Source: Botryllus schlosseri (lineage: Eukaryota). Taken from it: a stretch of DNA of 64,000 nt. The DNA lies in contig CM119373.1 in assembly GCA_051294905.1 (NCBI GenBank), forward strand, positions 4,342,001-4,406,000, written 5' to 3'. The position numbers were made by a program, and so were the translations under genes. Every line of letters starts with the position of its first letter. The first letter of the stretch is position 1. Positions 22,966 to 36,583 of this stretch are shown here, piece after piece. Under the pieces are notes generated by a model. It did no database searches and was not told the origin of the DNA. It saw only the letters and a program-made list of their open reading frames with translations.

Positions 22966-23693
22966 CAGGGCTGGCCAACCTTTTCAGCCAAAGGGCCACA
23001 TTCGATTGACGAACTTTTGTGCGGGCAACTATCCGCGCGAAGCGCGAAAATTTTTCAAAGTTCATAGGTCAATAATATTGTCACTTGACTATATTGCGGC
23101 CTGCTGTATATCTTTGGGTGAAGTTTGCGAGGGCTGGGCTATTCGGCGCATGGACATATCGATATCGAAAGCTGCGACCAACATGCGTCAATCATTTCGT
23201 GCCTAGGTTTTATAGTCGACGGTCTTACTGCGAGCGCAAACGCAAGGTCGCATGAGTTGAACGACACTTTGTCTCGTAATCGCGAATATAGTTAGACTCA
23301 ATCTGATACATTAGGTGTTCTTCAATTTTCACAAAAGGGCAACAATTTTTAAAACAAGAAATCAAGTGACAACATATTGCGCTAAGCTTATAGAAATTTT
23401 TTACCTTTGATAAATCTATCGCAAATTATTCTGCTTTATTGTAGTGTACGAAGATATAGGCTACCAATATGTGAATAGTTGATGGACCTGTCAATGAGTC
23501 GAAACTGATATTTTAGTCATCACTTCTCAAGTGTTGCGGCCAGACTAATCAAATTTTTGGTTGGCCTTGCAAGTTCACAATCTGTGCAATCCATTTTTGA
23601 TGATATTAGAAGTTCCGGAAATTACCTCGCGGGCCACTCAAAACCTTCTCGCGGGCCACATGAGGCCCGCGGGCCACGGGTTGGCCGGCCCTG
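22966..23693 (+). mobile_element. Charlie-like hAT MITE (728 bp)
   Basis: TIR CAGGGCTGGCCAACC / GGTTGGCCGGCCCTG; perfect 8-bp TSD CTCTATAT; GCGGGCC subterminal motifs. Confidence 0.92.
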
Positions 23694-24684
23694 CTCTATA
23701 TCATGTTGACGTAGTCGATGTTCCGAGTCTCTAAATATACTTATATGGTCATTGGTTATTATGTCGTAGTCGCGAAGATAGATCTCACGATATCGAAAGT
23801 AGCCACAGCTACAGGTAGGCGACCGCTCGACCAATCTATTGTTTGAAAGTACTTACTTGATCACTTTTTGGACTTTTCATTCTTTCCTTCAACTCGAAGT
23901 AGTATTTACATATCTTTGAAAGTGTTACTTCTGCTTTTAATTGAGCTGAAATTTACGGCAACTGCCTCTAAATATTTTGGGGTTGCCGAATGTAAATAAA
24001 TGTGATATATTTCTGTGGTGCCGTTAGATTGAAGTCCGACACACGCGAAAATTTGATTTTCAGTTATTATCATATTTAGAACTTATTTATTCACACTGAA
24101 GTAGACTGTTGTTAACTATTTTATCGTTATCAGGCTACTCACGCCGTGTGCAGAGCGCAGTTCCGACTATCACCATCGCAACCGCTAGTCCATTCTTGAT
24201 CGACAATTTCTTCAAAGCATTCATCCTGCTGCGTTGAAACGAAATGCAGTGGCACGAAATTATTTCCGTTCACCTTTTGATGGAAGATGATACAAGAGAA
24301 ATTCAGCAAATGTTTTCCCACAATCTATCAAAAGGTCTCTATTTCCTGGTCGCGACTATACGCAGTCGCTAGTTAAAACTGCGAAACGAATGGTGAAATA
24401 GGCGCCCGGGTATTTGTAACGTTTGAGTCAGGTCGCGATGTTGACAGAACTCTATTCTCGGATTGAATAGATTGGGAATGCTGACGAGTGATAGGCTACA
24501 TAATAAATTAATGAGACAATGGCCAAAGGACCACTTGAGATTTTCGTACCATTGCGCGGGCCATCACTTGAATGTTGATGGCATTTTGTAGTTGTCCGAT
24601 TGGACAGACCGGATTAGGTGACGATGAAAAATGACTGACCTGCTACGCATTAACGAAATGTATGACAGTTATGTCATTATAACT

Positions 24685-25010
24685 CAGGGTGCAACTATTT
24701 CGCGCGAAACGCGCCAATTTTGCTAATTCAATGAATGAATTCCGTCAACAATATCGCTATACTTGCATATATTGCGGGTCGCATCTGTATACCGCTGGCC
24801 CGCTGGCTACCCCAATGCGTCGGAACCGATATTTTAGTCATCAACATCCCAAATTTCACAGTTTGCTTAATCAAAAGTTTGGTTGGCCTTGTAAGTTCAA
24901 AATCAATTGCTTGGTAAATTATTTTTTGCAAATATTACAAATTTCTAGAGTCACCTCGCGAACCACTCAAAACTTTCTCGCGGGCGAAAGTTGGCCTGCA
25001 GGCCACTGGT
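24685..25010 (+). mobile_element. Deleted/degraded copy of the 22966-23693 MITE family
   Basis: Shares gcaactat..cgcgcgaa, ttttagtcatc, ttggttggccttg, ccactcaaaac blocks. Confidence 0.6.
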
Positions 25011-25550
25011 AAGTAACTCCGCATGTTCGAAAAAACGTTCGATATTGACATGCCGAGGCTTCGAGATCACCGTCACCGAACCTTTATGCGCACATAACCG
25101 CAGACGCATGGTGGAAAGGAGTCCCGCAGAGGAAATTTAAGAGCCCCGTGATAAAATGCGAATTTGGAATCGTGTTCGTCTCACGAAATAAGATTTTCTT
25201 TCATTATGGTTTGGTACGCTCAAGCTATTCCAATACATTTGGAGCCGCATCAATTCTACCTAGACCGCTAGAACTGTGTTGACCAGTGTTACCTAACATT
25301 TTTGGATGCCGCAGCCGCATTTCAAACTTAAGAGTACGTTTGGAGCCGCATGAAAACGTTCGAGAAAACTTAAAGGTAGCTAACCTATACCTCTGGATCC
25401 CACCAACCAGCTAATTCAAAAACATACACATTGCGCATGGACTTTTAAAGATTCTATATTTGCTATTTTAGCATTGATAGACGCAGATTGGCGAGTACTA
25501 TGCATTGGCATAAACTGAAAATGCATATCATTACTACAACATACCGATGT

Positions 25551-25828
25551 GGCGATATAGCGCAGTGGTGTATTCCGTAGCTGCAACACCAATGGGTTGC
25601 GGGTTCATGTGCGACCGACGTCGACTTCAGGATTCCTATGCCTAGGTGTTAGAGGTTTATCTAGGCTCCTCCTCGCCACCTCACCCGCGTAAGCGGTATC
25701 TTACTAAAAGCCTAGAAGTGGTCCGTGCTTATGAGTCGTCAGTTACGGAATAAAAATGAAGAATATCGGCCTGGTGTAAATGACCATAGTAGTCGACCAA
25801 CACTATGAGTACTGCAAAACAAACAACA
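25551..25828 (+). mobile_element. Full-length tRNA-derived SINE (about 280 bp)
   Basis: A-box-like TAGCGCAGTGG, B-box-like GGTTC (GGTTCGAG in other copies), (CAAA)n tail, degenerate TSD acaacatacc; at least 7 copies in the window. Confidence 0.8.
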
Positions 25829-27395
25829 TACCAGTATGTCGCTATGTGATAGCTCTTCATACATTCCAACACTTGATGCACACGTTTGATTATACGCTGA
25901 TTAATATTGGACTTATTACAATTTATACTTGAATATGAGTCGTTATATCGATGTTAGTAAAAATCCGTGGAAATTTTCTTTTCGCAGAGACGGCCCTTAA
26001 AGGTCGATGACCAGCAGGACGCAAGATATGTCCTCATATGGTGGGCATTCATCCCTACGTTAGACGCTTGTCTGCAAAAATTATCTTTCCCGGTTTTCAG
26101 AAGCGGTCTTGGGCGGCTTCAGACATAACTGTTATCCCGTATTGTTAGCATTCATTTACAGAAATTGACTATAACTATTCATAAAACAAACAACATCTGT
26201 ATATATATATTTTTTCATATTCCGAGGTCAATCAGAGCCGTACGCGTAAGGGTAGCTTGGAGCCGCATGCGGCTCTGATAGCCGCGGTTGGGAATCACTG
26301 CTGTAGACAAACCAACCTCAGCGTGTGACATCCCAGCAAACACAAAACCGTAAAAGGATCATCCGGGATCATCTCGATTAGGTTCTGATTTTCTAAGTGT
26401 CGAGGGAATGTCTAAAATACGTAGTAGGATGGTCTTGTGGTAATATTCAATCAGAATAAATTCATGCTCGGCGTTGTTCCATCTCATGCATTAGGCTTCG
26501 TTATATCCGGTAGTTAACCTAATAATGCAAATTTTCTATCTCTCGCTGGTATGACTAAAATACGTAGAAAGGATGACTTTGTCGGTACATTCAATCACGA
26601 TGAATTCCCATCCGGTTTTGTTCGATCTCATGCAGTAGCTTCGTTCTATCCATTAGAAAACAATGTTCTCCCTTCGTTTTATTGCGTGAGGATGTCACCG
26701 GTGTTGTATATTCGTGTTGTTGCTCTAAGGTCGAACAGTTTTGTTTTCTTCTGATATATATGATCTTCATTATATATATGTTCGCTCTTTCGGTAATCTC
26801 GCATGTTCAACGAGTATGGCTAATAGTTTTATTCAGAAAATAACTAAATAAAGTGAGATGTTGTACGTTTGGGAATATGATTATCGATGCGTGACTTCTA
26901 GAATATTTCGGCGATTCAAATTTTACGTCATCGCGCCGGACAAAGATTTGACGTGCAACAGGTCGCAGCCAGGCATAGTTCGCTCTTTCTGTATGGTAAA
27001 TGCCGTAAATATATAGGAATTGTGACTGACTGAGGTAGCGGGTTAACGGTATATACGCAGTATCATATAGCTTATGGGGTATTTCGAATTGCCTGTAGTA
27101 TATGATGCCTAGAGCTGTTTGACTTTCTGCAAAACAGGTGTAGACAACTATAGGAAAGTTTCAGCTTTTCCAGGCTAGAATTAGAGCTAAACCGTTTTTT
27201 CCGAATTAGATTACAATTATATTGCTGGCATTTCGCTCTAATTTAGTGAAATTAGACCACTATTATTATCTAGTTGTCCAAGTCGCTTCAAACATCTGAA
27301 TTACCGGTACCTATATACCTACGGTATATCATAATATTTATGCTTGAGTTTTCTAGGTATATAAGTCATATAGATACATACCTGTAGAACACTAA

Positions 27396-27979
27396 GCCCA
27401 TTTACATGGTCAAGTCGTCTTGAAGCCAAGTCGTCTTGGAGCGACGTCATGAGACGGCTTGCCAAAGTGATCGAGTTTACATGGTCATGTTAATCGCAGC
27501 TCGAGTGATACACAGCACTGTGGGATTCAGCTCGGGAATATGCTACAGCAGTTGAGATATCCAGAAATACCTTCAACACAATTCTAGAATGACCAAATAC
27601 ACCATATATATATTCTTTCTGATTGTGAGTTGTGCAAGTTATATTGTTGGCTGTACTCGCTTCACAAGTTGTGATGCTGAACAAATAAGACCATGTGCAT
27701 ATTATAAAAGCAGTATCATGTACTGATAGAGCTTTCATATTCACCCATTTGAAATACGTGCCGGTTTCGTGAAATATGAACATGAAATGTTGGTATGTTG
27801 CAGTAGTCCGGATTCGTTTTGAAGTACCGGTACTGTTCAAGTCGTCTCCAAGCGACTCTGCGGAACGGATTGAGCTCAAGACGGATTGAAGCCGTCTGCC
27901 TTTTTCTGTTTTTCAAAAACGAGAGAGTCGGATTGACGAGTCAGCTTCGAAGCTGACCCAAACGGCCATGTAAATGGGC
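27396..27979. mobile_element. PIF/Harbinger (Tourist-like) MITE
   Basis: TIR GCCCATTTACATGG / CCATGTAAATGGGC flanked by TAA/TTA; AAGTCGTC subterminal repeats. Confidence 0.75.
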
Positions 27980-28432
27980 TTACTGATTCGTGATTTTATA
28001 AAAGTTGGTGCAAGAATGGACATTTTCAACTTGATGTTGATTAATGGAGCAAAATTTGATATTTGAGTGCAATTATACCTCGAATCCAGTGACAAGATTA
28101 TTAATCGTTGAAACCAACCGCAGCTTGTTTATGTTGGCCCAGAGAATTTGGCTAGCCAGACCATATTGATAGAATATGGTCACAGTAAGATAATATTTTG
28201 GGCTAATTTACATGAACTTTCCAACATTTGATTTGATATGTCCGCTAAAACAGTTGTTTTTCTGCTTTCGAATAAGACCTAAATTGCTGATTTCAATGGT
28301 AACTGTGTTTGTCAAAGGCTGTAAAGGTAATTTCTTTTCCATGTTAGATGTTTGTTTGTGGTGTTCATGGTGGTGGTTCGACTACACTGGTCATTTTACA
28401 CCAGGCCGGTTCTTATTATTATCATTCCGTAT

Positions 28433-29270
28433 CTGCCCGATTACCAGTGAACTCGGCACTTGGTGAATTCGGCCGTGGTAGATCTCGTAGCGGTACCGGT
28501 CGCCATGATTGGTTACTGGAATGTTTGCCGGTGAACTTGGCACTTTGAGTGGTTGTCAATGTTGTACGGGGGTCAGGGCATGCGTAGATCACACAGTCAC
28601 GGCATGATTAGATCACAGATTGCGTAATCGCGGGAAATAACGCGACGCTCTTCACTTGGTGAACTCGGCCCTTGGAGGAATTGGCACTAGAACACCTTCG
28701 CATTAGAAATGCATTTAATATGAATGAACAGTATCAAAAAGGAAATTTAAACGTGTCGTGGCTCGCGGTAGATCTCGTAATCTTGGGGTCCTTAAACCCT
28801 GTTATAGAGACACCCTAACCCCAGAGTGGAATCGTCTCTCCAAAGGCAAAAAATAATTTATTTTGACGTGATCATGCGAAACATTTGTTGATGAGGAACA
28901 CTGGCTTGTCGTGATCGATAAACGAAGAAGCGCCGCTTGATCTTCCACATTTTCGATCTCACATACAACGCCAAGATCCATCTTCTCAAAACTTACACGA
29001 CACAGGCCCGTCACTCAGGCCATCGATTCCAAGCAGACCGCGCGTGGTCGGTATATGAGCGCTGCGTTATTTCCCGCGGCTAGGCAATCCGTGATCTAAT
29101 CACGCCGTGACTGCGTGATCCACGGATGCCCTGACCTCCTTACAAGATTGACGAATCACTTGATAATACTATTATTAGTTTAATAATTCATATTAATAGC
29201 TGTTAATACACTTCATTACAAAATTTCCCGAGGGCCGAATTCACCAAGTGCCGAGTTCATCGGCAACCAT
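28433..29270. repeat. Nested foldback / inverted-repeat element
   Basis: tgaactcggcacttggtgaattcggcc (about 28448-28473) pairs with about 29234-29259; a second arm of about 95 bp at 28555-28650 pairs with 29058-29150. Confidence 0.75.
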
Positions 29271-29456
29271 CTGCCCACTTATAGGACGGCCCACTCCTAG
29301 GCTTTTTAAGACATGGCTATGCGGATCAGATGGCGAGGAGGAGCCTAGATAAACGACCAACACTTCGGTAGGAATTATGGAGTCGACGTGTCAGGCTCGA
29401 ACCCGCAATTCATTGGTGTTTAGCTATAATGGAGGGTACCAATACGTTACCTCGCC
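29270..29456 (-). mobile_element. tRNA-derived SINE copy (3' part missing)
   Basis: Reverse complement of the 25551 family, including the B-box ggttcgagcc. Confidence 0.75.
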
Positions 29457-29566
29457 ATACCTTGTAAAATGGGACCGTAGCATTTGACATTTCGTGTGGC
29501 AATTGACTTTTGTGTGGAAAATTGTGTTCGTTTTAGAACTTATCCGAAACTTTTATTCCGCCATAG

Positions 29567-30054
29567 ATTGTATATGATAAATCGAAGCGACTCACCACAA
29601 AGGAGGATTTAAAGAAGTTTGATGACATATTGAATGAAAGCAAAAGCCTTTGCAAGAGATGTGGTATGTTGAATCTGTTTTGTTATTTTCAAATGCTTGC
29701 CGATAGCAGACGGTATATAAAAACGTAAGATGTGGAAGCTATCAAGGTGTTATGTTTATTATTTTTAGAAATTCAGTCAGTCAAAGTGGACGATCGTATT
29801 GCTTTGATTATATTTAGGCTTATTTTAGCATCTTTGAGATGCAACTCTGAACGTGGACGGTCATGAACAGTCAACTAATTCTGTTCCTATATTGACATAT
29901 CAGACATTTGCACTCGTACCGTTGGCGGCGACAATATTGGTCAGTCAGCAAAAAGCATCATGAAGAAGGTTGCCAGTCTGGTGAAATTATAGCAGAGTCG
30001 GAAAGAATGGGAAATACGCTTTCATCAACCTCCATTTGAACAAGATCACATATA
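29567..30054 (+). pseudogene. Decayed spliced DUF4806-like gene inside the EnSpm-like element (exons 29567-29663, 29904-30054; possible last exon near 32790-32843)
   Basis: Phase-1 join gives LTTKEDLKKFDDILNES...VGGDNIGQSAKSIMKKVA; a frameshift then leads to YSRVGKNGKYAFINL. This resembles the DUF4806 pattern (GG.....V..I.K.....YS..G..GK..F) from memory. Confidence 0.55.
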
Positions 30055-30138
30055 GTAAGAGACATTCATGATATGCTGCAAATGTCACTGTGTTCTTTGT
30101 CTAGTCACCCCACTCATATAACTATTGAGGCTTCATGC

Positions 30139-30625
30139 CAGGGTTGTAACCAAGTCACAAGGCTCCAAGTCGCAAGTCAATCTCACTTTTATAGTTTTGA
30201 CTCGAGTCATTTTCAATTCACCACCGACTCAAGTCCGAGTCCAAGTCAGCGAGCAGAGGGCCGAGTCCGAGTTATGGTATTATGACTCGAGCCAGAGTCA
30301 TTGTGTTAGCTGCTCAGTTTCCAATTTAAGTCTTGTTAAACGAACTTTTTATATATTTTTTGTGATATCGAGTGGGTCGCATTTATAATATACGAATTTT
30401 CCTTACTTTTAGCAGTTTCTGGCCGCATTTTCAAATAAGAGTATCAATAGACGAAATCCCAATAGCGATTTGCTGTACTATTCTTTGAAATAATCATGAA
30501 ATGTCGGTCTTGGCCGTCTGAGTCTCAAGTCATGCGCAATGAGTCGAGTCATTTCAGTACTTTAAGAAGATGACCTGAGTCAAGTCGAGTCAACAGAAAA
30601 TCCTGACTCGAGTCTTACAACCCTG
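30139..30625 (+). mobile_element. hAT MITE, CAGGGTTGTAA family
   Basis: TIR CAGGGTTGTAA/TTACAACCCTG; perfect TSD CTTCATGC; GACTCGAGTC repeats. Confidence 0.92.
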
Positions 30626-30929
30626 CTTCATGCAATGAGCATTTACTTTGAAGATAAATAGTAATTAAATAACGGGTTGGTGGTACAAAATTTTAATACT
30701 GCTTTCAAAAGTACCTTCATGATAAACGTTATTGAAACCCGAAAAACTTTTCGCGTGCCTATTAAAGAGCTACCGGCACCATGAAGGAAGCAAAACAGAG
30801 TTGAATTCAAAACCAGATGGAGAATTATGACGCATTAATGTCGAATTTAGAAATAACATCAATGGAGCCAGAACACAGCAACAATGCAGTGCATAACAAC
30901 GGTTGCGTAAAACTGTATGACAGCGTGAC

Positions 30930-31290
30930 ACAATTCTTTAATTATTTATTATAGTGGTGCCCACCGTAAATACTATTTTATTAAAATCCGAATTTTTCGA
31001 TGTCAATAACTCCGCTTCCACTTGTTTGAATCGAACCAAATTTGATGAACATCGTTTCTATACATAACCTTACATAACCTAACACTTTCATGGGGTGAAC
31101 AGAAAATTTTCAAATTTTTTCTATTCATTTTTATGTAATAAATATAAACTTTCTTTTCCTGTAGCAATGCGGCTACTGGTTGGAATTGAACCAAATTTGG
31201 TGTGTAGGCTTGAATTAGGTAACGTAACAATTGTATCAAGTAGCAAGAACGATTTGAGGAAAAAAAGTCATTTTTTAAGAACCCTAATGT
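30930..31290. mobile_element. Interspersed repeat with ACCAAATTTGG motifs (possibly Helentron-associated)
   Basis: Aligns with 63526-63852 (same orientation) and 63175-63520 (reverse); the classification is a guess. Confidence 0.6.
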
Positions 31291-32049
31291 CCATGTCAGA
31301 GAAACGTTTTAGGGTAGGCCTACTGACATGTCTCGCAGCGTTCTCTACATAATTGTCAATTGCGATACAAACTGTTCCCTTGTATTGGTTAAGCCATCCA
31401 ACTTCGAATTGTAAAATGTTGGGAGTCTTGATATCAAATTTTTGAGAGGTGCACTTTGAGAAGGTTTCGGAATCTGTCAAATTATACAAAAAAATTTAGC
31501 AAATTCTTTGACATATTTCATCCATTTGGGACTCGATCAACGTAAAAGAATGAGTAATTATTTTATACAATATATTGTATTTGTAGTGGAAGTATAGTAA
31601 TAATTCTTATGGTTACCGCACTTGTAACGATTCACGGCCATAACTGGAATAATTAGAATGATGTAACTTTCAAATTGTCATGCATTTTGCAACATTGTTC
31701 TCAATTTTCAAGGTGCTGACCATTGGAGGAAGAATCACCCTTAAGCCGGGAATTCACGATCCGTAAACGCGGCCGACTGTTTCTCTCCTCAAGAGGAAGG
31801 AAGAGAAAAAGGGAGCAGAAATAGCTAGAGTGTGACAAGTCGCGTCCATTCGCTTTAATGCGTATTTCCATCCACGAAGCGCAAAGTAGTAGGTGGGAAA
31901 ACTAATGGGCGTTTGGTTAGCGCTTTATAAGGTTGACTCCAGCGCTGTATTTGCTAAATGTTGCGGTGAAATAGGGGTGGTGTCATTTGGTATCAATATT
32001 GACTATTGAAAGACCATTTGTTAGTGGTCATGGATTTGTTCGGCCAGTA

Positions 32050-32450
32050 TGCAGTAATTTCTGATGGTCACTTCCCGGGCTTCTGTTCTCTAACCCCTCA
32101 TGATTGTTATTCTGCTTCTAGTAATACTGTCGATTCTAATGTTTTATCGTATCATTTGTCGGAGGTTTCGCTCGCTTTTTTTACAACGTTTTGCTCTCTG
32201 CTAGGTCAATTACTGGCTGAGTATCACTACAGCCTAAGAAACTGCACTAATTCTCATTTTAATGTGTTGCTGGTTATCTTGCTGTCAATTCTAATAATTT
32301 GTTAATGTCTATACCAGTGCCGCCACTCAAATGTTTTGTTCTCTGTACACAATATTGTTAGGTCTTCATTCAGCTTTCCAGGCAGAGTATCATTCCACTT
32401 TCTAGACTTGAGTATATATCTCTCCAACTAGCTGCCAAATAACTTATTCA
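32050..32450 (-). pseudogene. Possible relic of non-LTR retrotransposon APE endonuclease
   Basis: Fragmented minus-strand motifs SGGTGIDINK, RIDSI, PGSDH in the expected order, with stops and frameshifts. Confidence 0.35.
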
Positions 32451-33284
32451 TTTGGATTGTTGAATTGATCATTTTTGACGGAATGTGAAGAAATTTTAGT
32501 CAAGAATTCTTTTTGTGTTGGTGGCTGTTTTCAAAGATTGCTGAAGTAGTCATCGTTGATCTTGATAATCAAGTAGAAGTGGCGATTGAAGTCAGTTCTC
32601 TAGTCATATAATAATAAAAAATATAATAATAAAAACTTGAAAACTTGAGTGGAAATAGTCCAGAATCAAATCCATTTTAGTAAGTATGGGTGAAAAAAAT
32701 GTAGGAGTCATTCGTTACTCGCTACCTCTGCCATTTTCGCAGCACGAATGTCTTAGCTAATAATCGTCATTTTCATTTTATTTCTACAGGGTGTTGAAAA
32801 GAAAACGCCAGAGGGATTATCATCATCAGACGATGAAACCTGATTACTGACTGTTCTCTTAGTTTCATTCATTGCTACTTGGCCCTACAAGTAATTTCGT
32901 TCGTTTCATTTTTTACACCGGCATTATTTACTTGCCAATTCGTTTTGAATTAAATTACCGCAAATGTGATTAATGTGTAGTAGATAATGTGGTGTGTGTG
33001 TTTGTACGCAGCCGTGATCAGGTTATGCCCAGTGGTAGAAAACAGGTTATTATATCAGGATCTTCTTCTAATGTAGGATCTACATTCTACTCACCATGTT
33101 TAAAGGCTGTAGCATCTGCATAATATTTACATTATTGAAGGACATGGAAAAGACATTGAATTGAGTCGACACAAAATCCCCCTTTCTACGACCTGCCGAG
33201 ATCTAATATCTACTATATCGGGCTCGTCTTACTACATCTTTGGTCTGTACTGTGTTTACTGGGATCGAACACATTTGTACGATG

Positions 33285-33641
33285 CAGGGGTTGGTACATT
33301 TTTTATGATTGGTGCGCTTGTCACTTATTGGGGATGGTACCGAACATAGTGGACTTGGAAACGACCAATGTCATCACAGAATATCGATTTTAGCGCGAAT
33401 AAATTGTTTACAATAAATTAAGCAAATATGGCGATAGCTGGGGTGCGCTAGTGACCAAAATGTATACTCATATTTTGGGAACCATTGGCGTAACCGATGC
33501 CGCTGCCAGTTTCAGGTAATCTGTGGGTGGGATTCTTCTCTTGAAACTATGAATACGATGACACTGAAATTATTTGTCACGCCGGATGGTAGCATTTTGA
33601 CATTGACACATGCGCTGCATACAAAAGGTTGCCGACCCCTG
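33285..33641. mobile_element. hAT MITE
   Basis: caggggttgg... / ...ttgccgacccctg termini; TSD not recognisable. Confidence 0.6.
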
Positions 33642-36583
33642 GCGTTATCAAATAATAAAACAACTGCTTTAATATTATTGAAAGATAAAAATGGAGGTCG
33701 CTTTATACCAATTTTACATTAACGGATTTTATGTGTCCCCGAAGCGACCACAGCATGATTCAAATCTCGTTTGATGTGACCCGTGACATCAGGTTTCTGT
33801 GTGTATCGATTCGGGATTGCCACAGCACGATCGTAAATAGAATTTTCGGAAGTTGTGACCGATGTCATATCAATTTTTTAAAAAAATTTGACTGAATTCC
33901 ACATTATGAATGCGGATGGTATGTTATAGCAGAAGGCATTCACATGTAGCTCTGTACGGGATTCCGTTACAAAGAATATAGTGAAGTCGAACAAACAGCG
34001 CATGCAGTTAGGCAACAATGGTTGATAAGGCGTACGGTGCAAGAATATACGCTTGCATTGCAGCGATTGTCTTTCATACAGGTAAGGAATTACAATAATA
34101 TAGCTTGTATTATTAAAATGCAACGATTTAAAGAATGCTTAAGCAAACATTGAGATTTTATCGTTTTAGGCATATGAATTGCCATAGCAACGTTAGTAGT
34201 TGCATTTGTGTAATGAAGAAGTTGCTCATTCATTGAATGCTACAAAACTAATTAGTTTGGGAAGGTAATATAGTTAGCTGTTGATTATTGATTACTTACA
34301 TACCGTGGACAAATGATAATGTTTACAATATTACCATAACTCTGTAAGCGTCGCTGAACTCTAGACAAGATCGTGTCCATGAGTGAAGTGCGGTCAGGAG
34401 AGGCAATGAGGCACTGCACGACATGTTGTCAGAATCAATAAATGAAAGTGTCACCGCATCTTCAATGATTGTAACACCAATAACTATGTTTATCTTAAAT
34501 CGGTGTTCATAAACGACTGATTTTGAAACATGTTAACATACAAAATCACAAAATTTACATATTTCTTGTTCACAAATAAAGCGGAAAGGGGGCTGTGAGA
34601 CACAGGTTGAACACAGACTGGCGAAGGTTCACCTGTCACAGCGAAATTTATTATAAACAGCTCAGAATTTGTAATACCTTGTATTAATCGAATGCTATTA
34701 CGGAACATTTAAGTGATGATAACGCTAGAACACCAGAACCTTCTCAAAGTACCCAAATAATATGAAATTCCTCATTGTTACGTACAACGGCAGCGCAGAG
34801 AAACAATGACCGGGTGAGGTACAGATGGATATGCCTCACCTACTGTTAGCTACCAATCCGATAATCCTAGCAAATTCATACAATGCGCTAGCTACTTCAA
34901 AAACCGACGGTTTAGTATGAATCGTTTAGTTGCAACAGCTAACATGTAGTGCAGAGCTGATATATCGTCTATGTATTCGTCACCCATACCTATATAGCAC
35001 CTTCTGGTGTTGCCTGCGTGTGAAGAGTGCTAATGTGATAAGTAAGGAAAGCTTTTGTTGCAGTCAAATCCTAGGAATGATGCATTTATTTTTCACAGAA
35101 GTTGCACTAAAAGATTGCATTTATTGGCAAGTTGCTTGACATTATGAGGCTTAATATATTCATTTCGATCCGTATCCAAGGCACTGTAGCAAAACTCAGT
35201 GTTGGCGATTTCAACAAAATCAATAACCTGACAAAATATACCCTGTGAAAATATAATTGTACGTCAAATATACGTCAAATCAGAACGGACCTCAAATTTA
35301 AACGACAGTGAAATAATCAATCGATCTATTTCAATATAGTACCTTTTTGAGAAGACATATTTGTAAATCTGACTCTATAGCCTATATATCATGCCTTAGT
35401 AACACGCCTTTATTGCAGTGGACGCGGACCCGTCTGAGACGTGTAAAACAGTAAATTTTCAAACGGTAAGTTGAGCAAATGCTGCCACATAATAAGATCT
35501 TGTCAAGTGCTATTACTGTCCGTCCATTTCGTGAGACAAACACTTATTTTAACAGGATATCCCAGGTGAGTGAATTACAGCTCAGCTAATTGTTCGTCTT
35601 GACGAGTTGAAAGAACGAATGGATCTATCTGTCTGAGTAGGAAAAATGCGTGTACCGCAATAAAATCCATGTCTGTCCCCATAATTAATGCCATGTAAAA
35701 CCACATTGCTCTCTGGAATCGAAAAGCACAATGAAGAACAATGTGCAGGGACGTGACTTTGTAACACCACCGGCCATTCGTGAGTATACGCTGGTAACAC
35801 TTATGCCCTAGTTTGTCACGATACTTCATATGGCATGCAAAGGCGGGAATGGTCGCTCACGCAAGCTGCATAGGTAGCCTATCTGTAACTCACTACCTAA
35901 TGCTACAGCTACGCACTCCTGGGTTTTAAGCTTTAAACAGAGCGAAAATTTAAACATAGGTTATATTTTTACCCGAGTTAATGTCTCTACCATAAAGAGT
36001 GCATCGTTTTCTCAAAGAAGCCCTAAAATAGGAAGCTGATAGTTGTGTATTTAAACATGATTTTGATTACCTTTAATCCCAGCTTTACATTGATACGGGT
36101 CCTCATTGTAGATTCCACGCGTATGGTATATTGTGACGGAATACTTACAAGTATGTTGGTATTTATGTCAATAAAACACAAACTACTATGCACACTATAC
36201 TCTCGCAATGTAACTGCATGAAGAAGGTCGCGAGTCGTAAGGAGGGGTGGTCGAAGTACTCAGTGCTGTTTCTCGTGTAGAAGTGTATTAAACGTCGTAT
36301 ATTTAGACTAAATCACCAGTGAAATTAATGATTTCCATGACATGTCAAAATACTTGAAGGGTTGAAGTATAATAGAAGGCTCGAGAAGTACTCAAGTAAG
36401 TTGTTTCAAACATTATATGCAGTCGAGCAGTTGTCTAACAGTCGTTCGGAGGTGCCTGCCTTCGAACTTGAAAGATGTATCTTCGGGAAACTACACATAA
36501 CTAGTAACGTTATAAATAGGTGCAGTCTATACGAAGATATGTCCGGTCATCATTTACCGTAATATAGTGCACATTCTATAATG

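Larger units (their letters stand above)
26332..33263 (+). mobile_element. EnSpm/CMC-like DNA transposon (6.9 kb including nested insertions)
   Basis: TIR CCCAGCAAACACA / TGTGTTTACTGGG (12/13), 2-bp TSD AT, AGGAT(C) subterminal repeats, internal decayed DUF4806-like gene. Confidence 0.72.

Noticed and set aside
25551..25625. tRNA gene
   Set aside because: The tRNA-like head continues into a repeated body and CAAA tail, so it is a SINE.
35575..35829. Weak C-type-lectin-like (NGRWCYKV) and CUB-like (HGFYCG) motifs
   Set aside because: Isolated motifs in different frames with no supporting exon structure.
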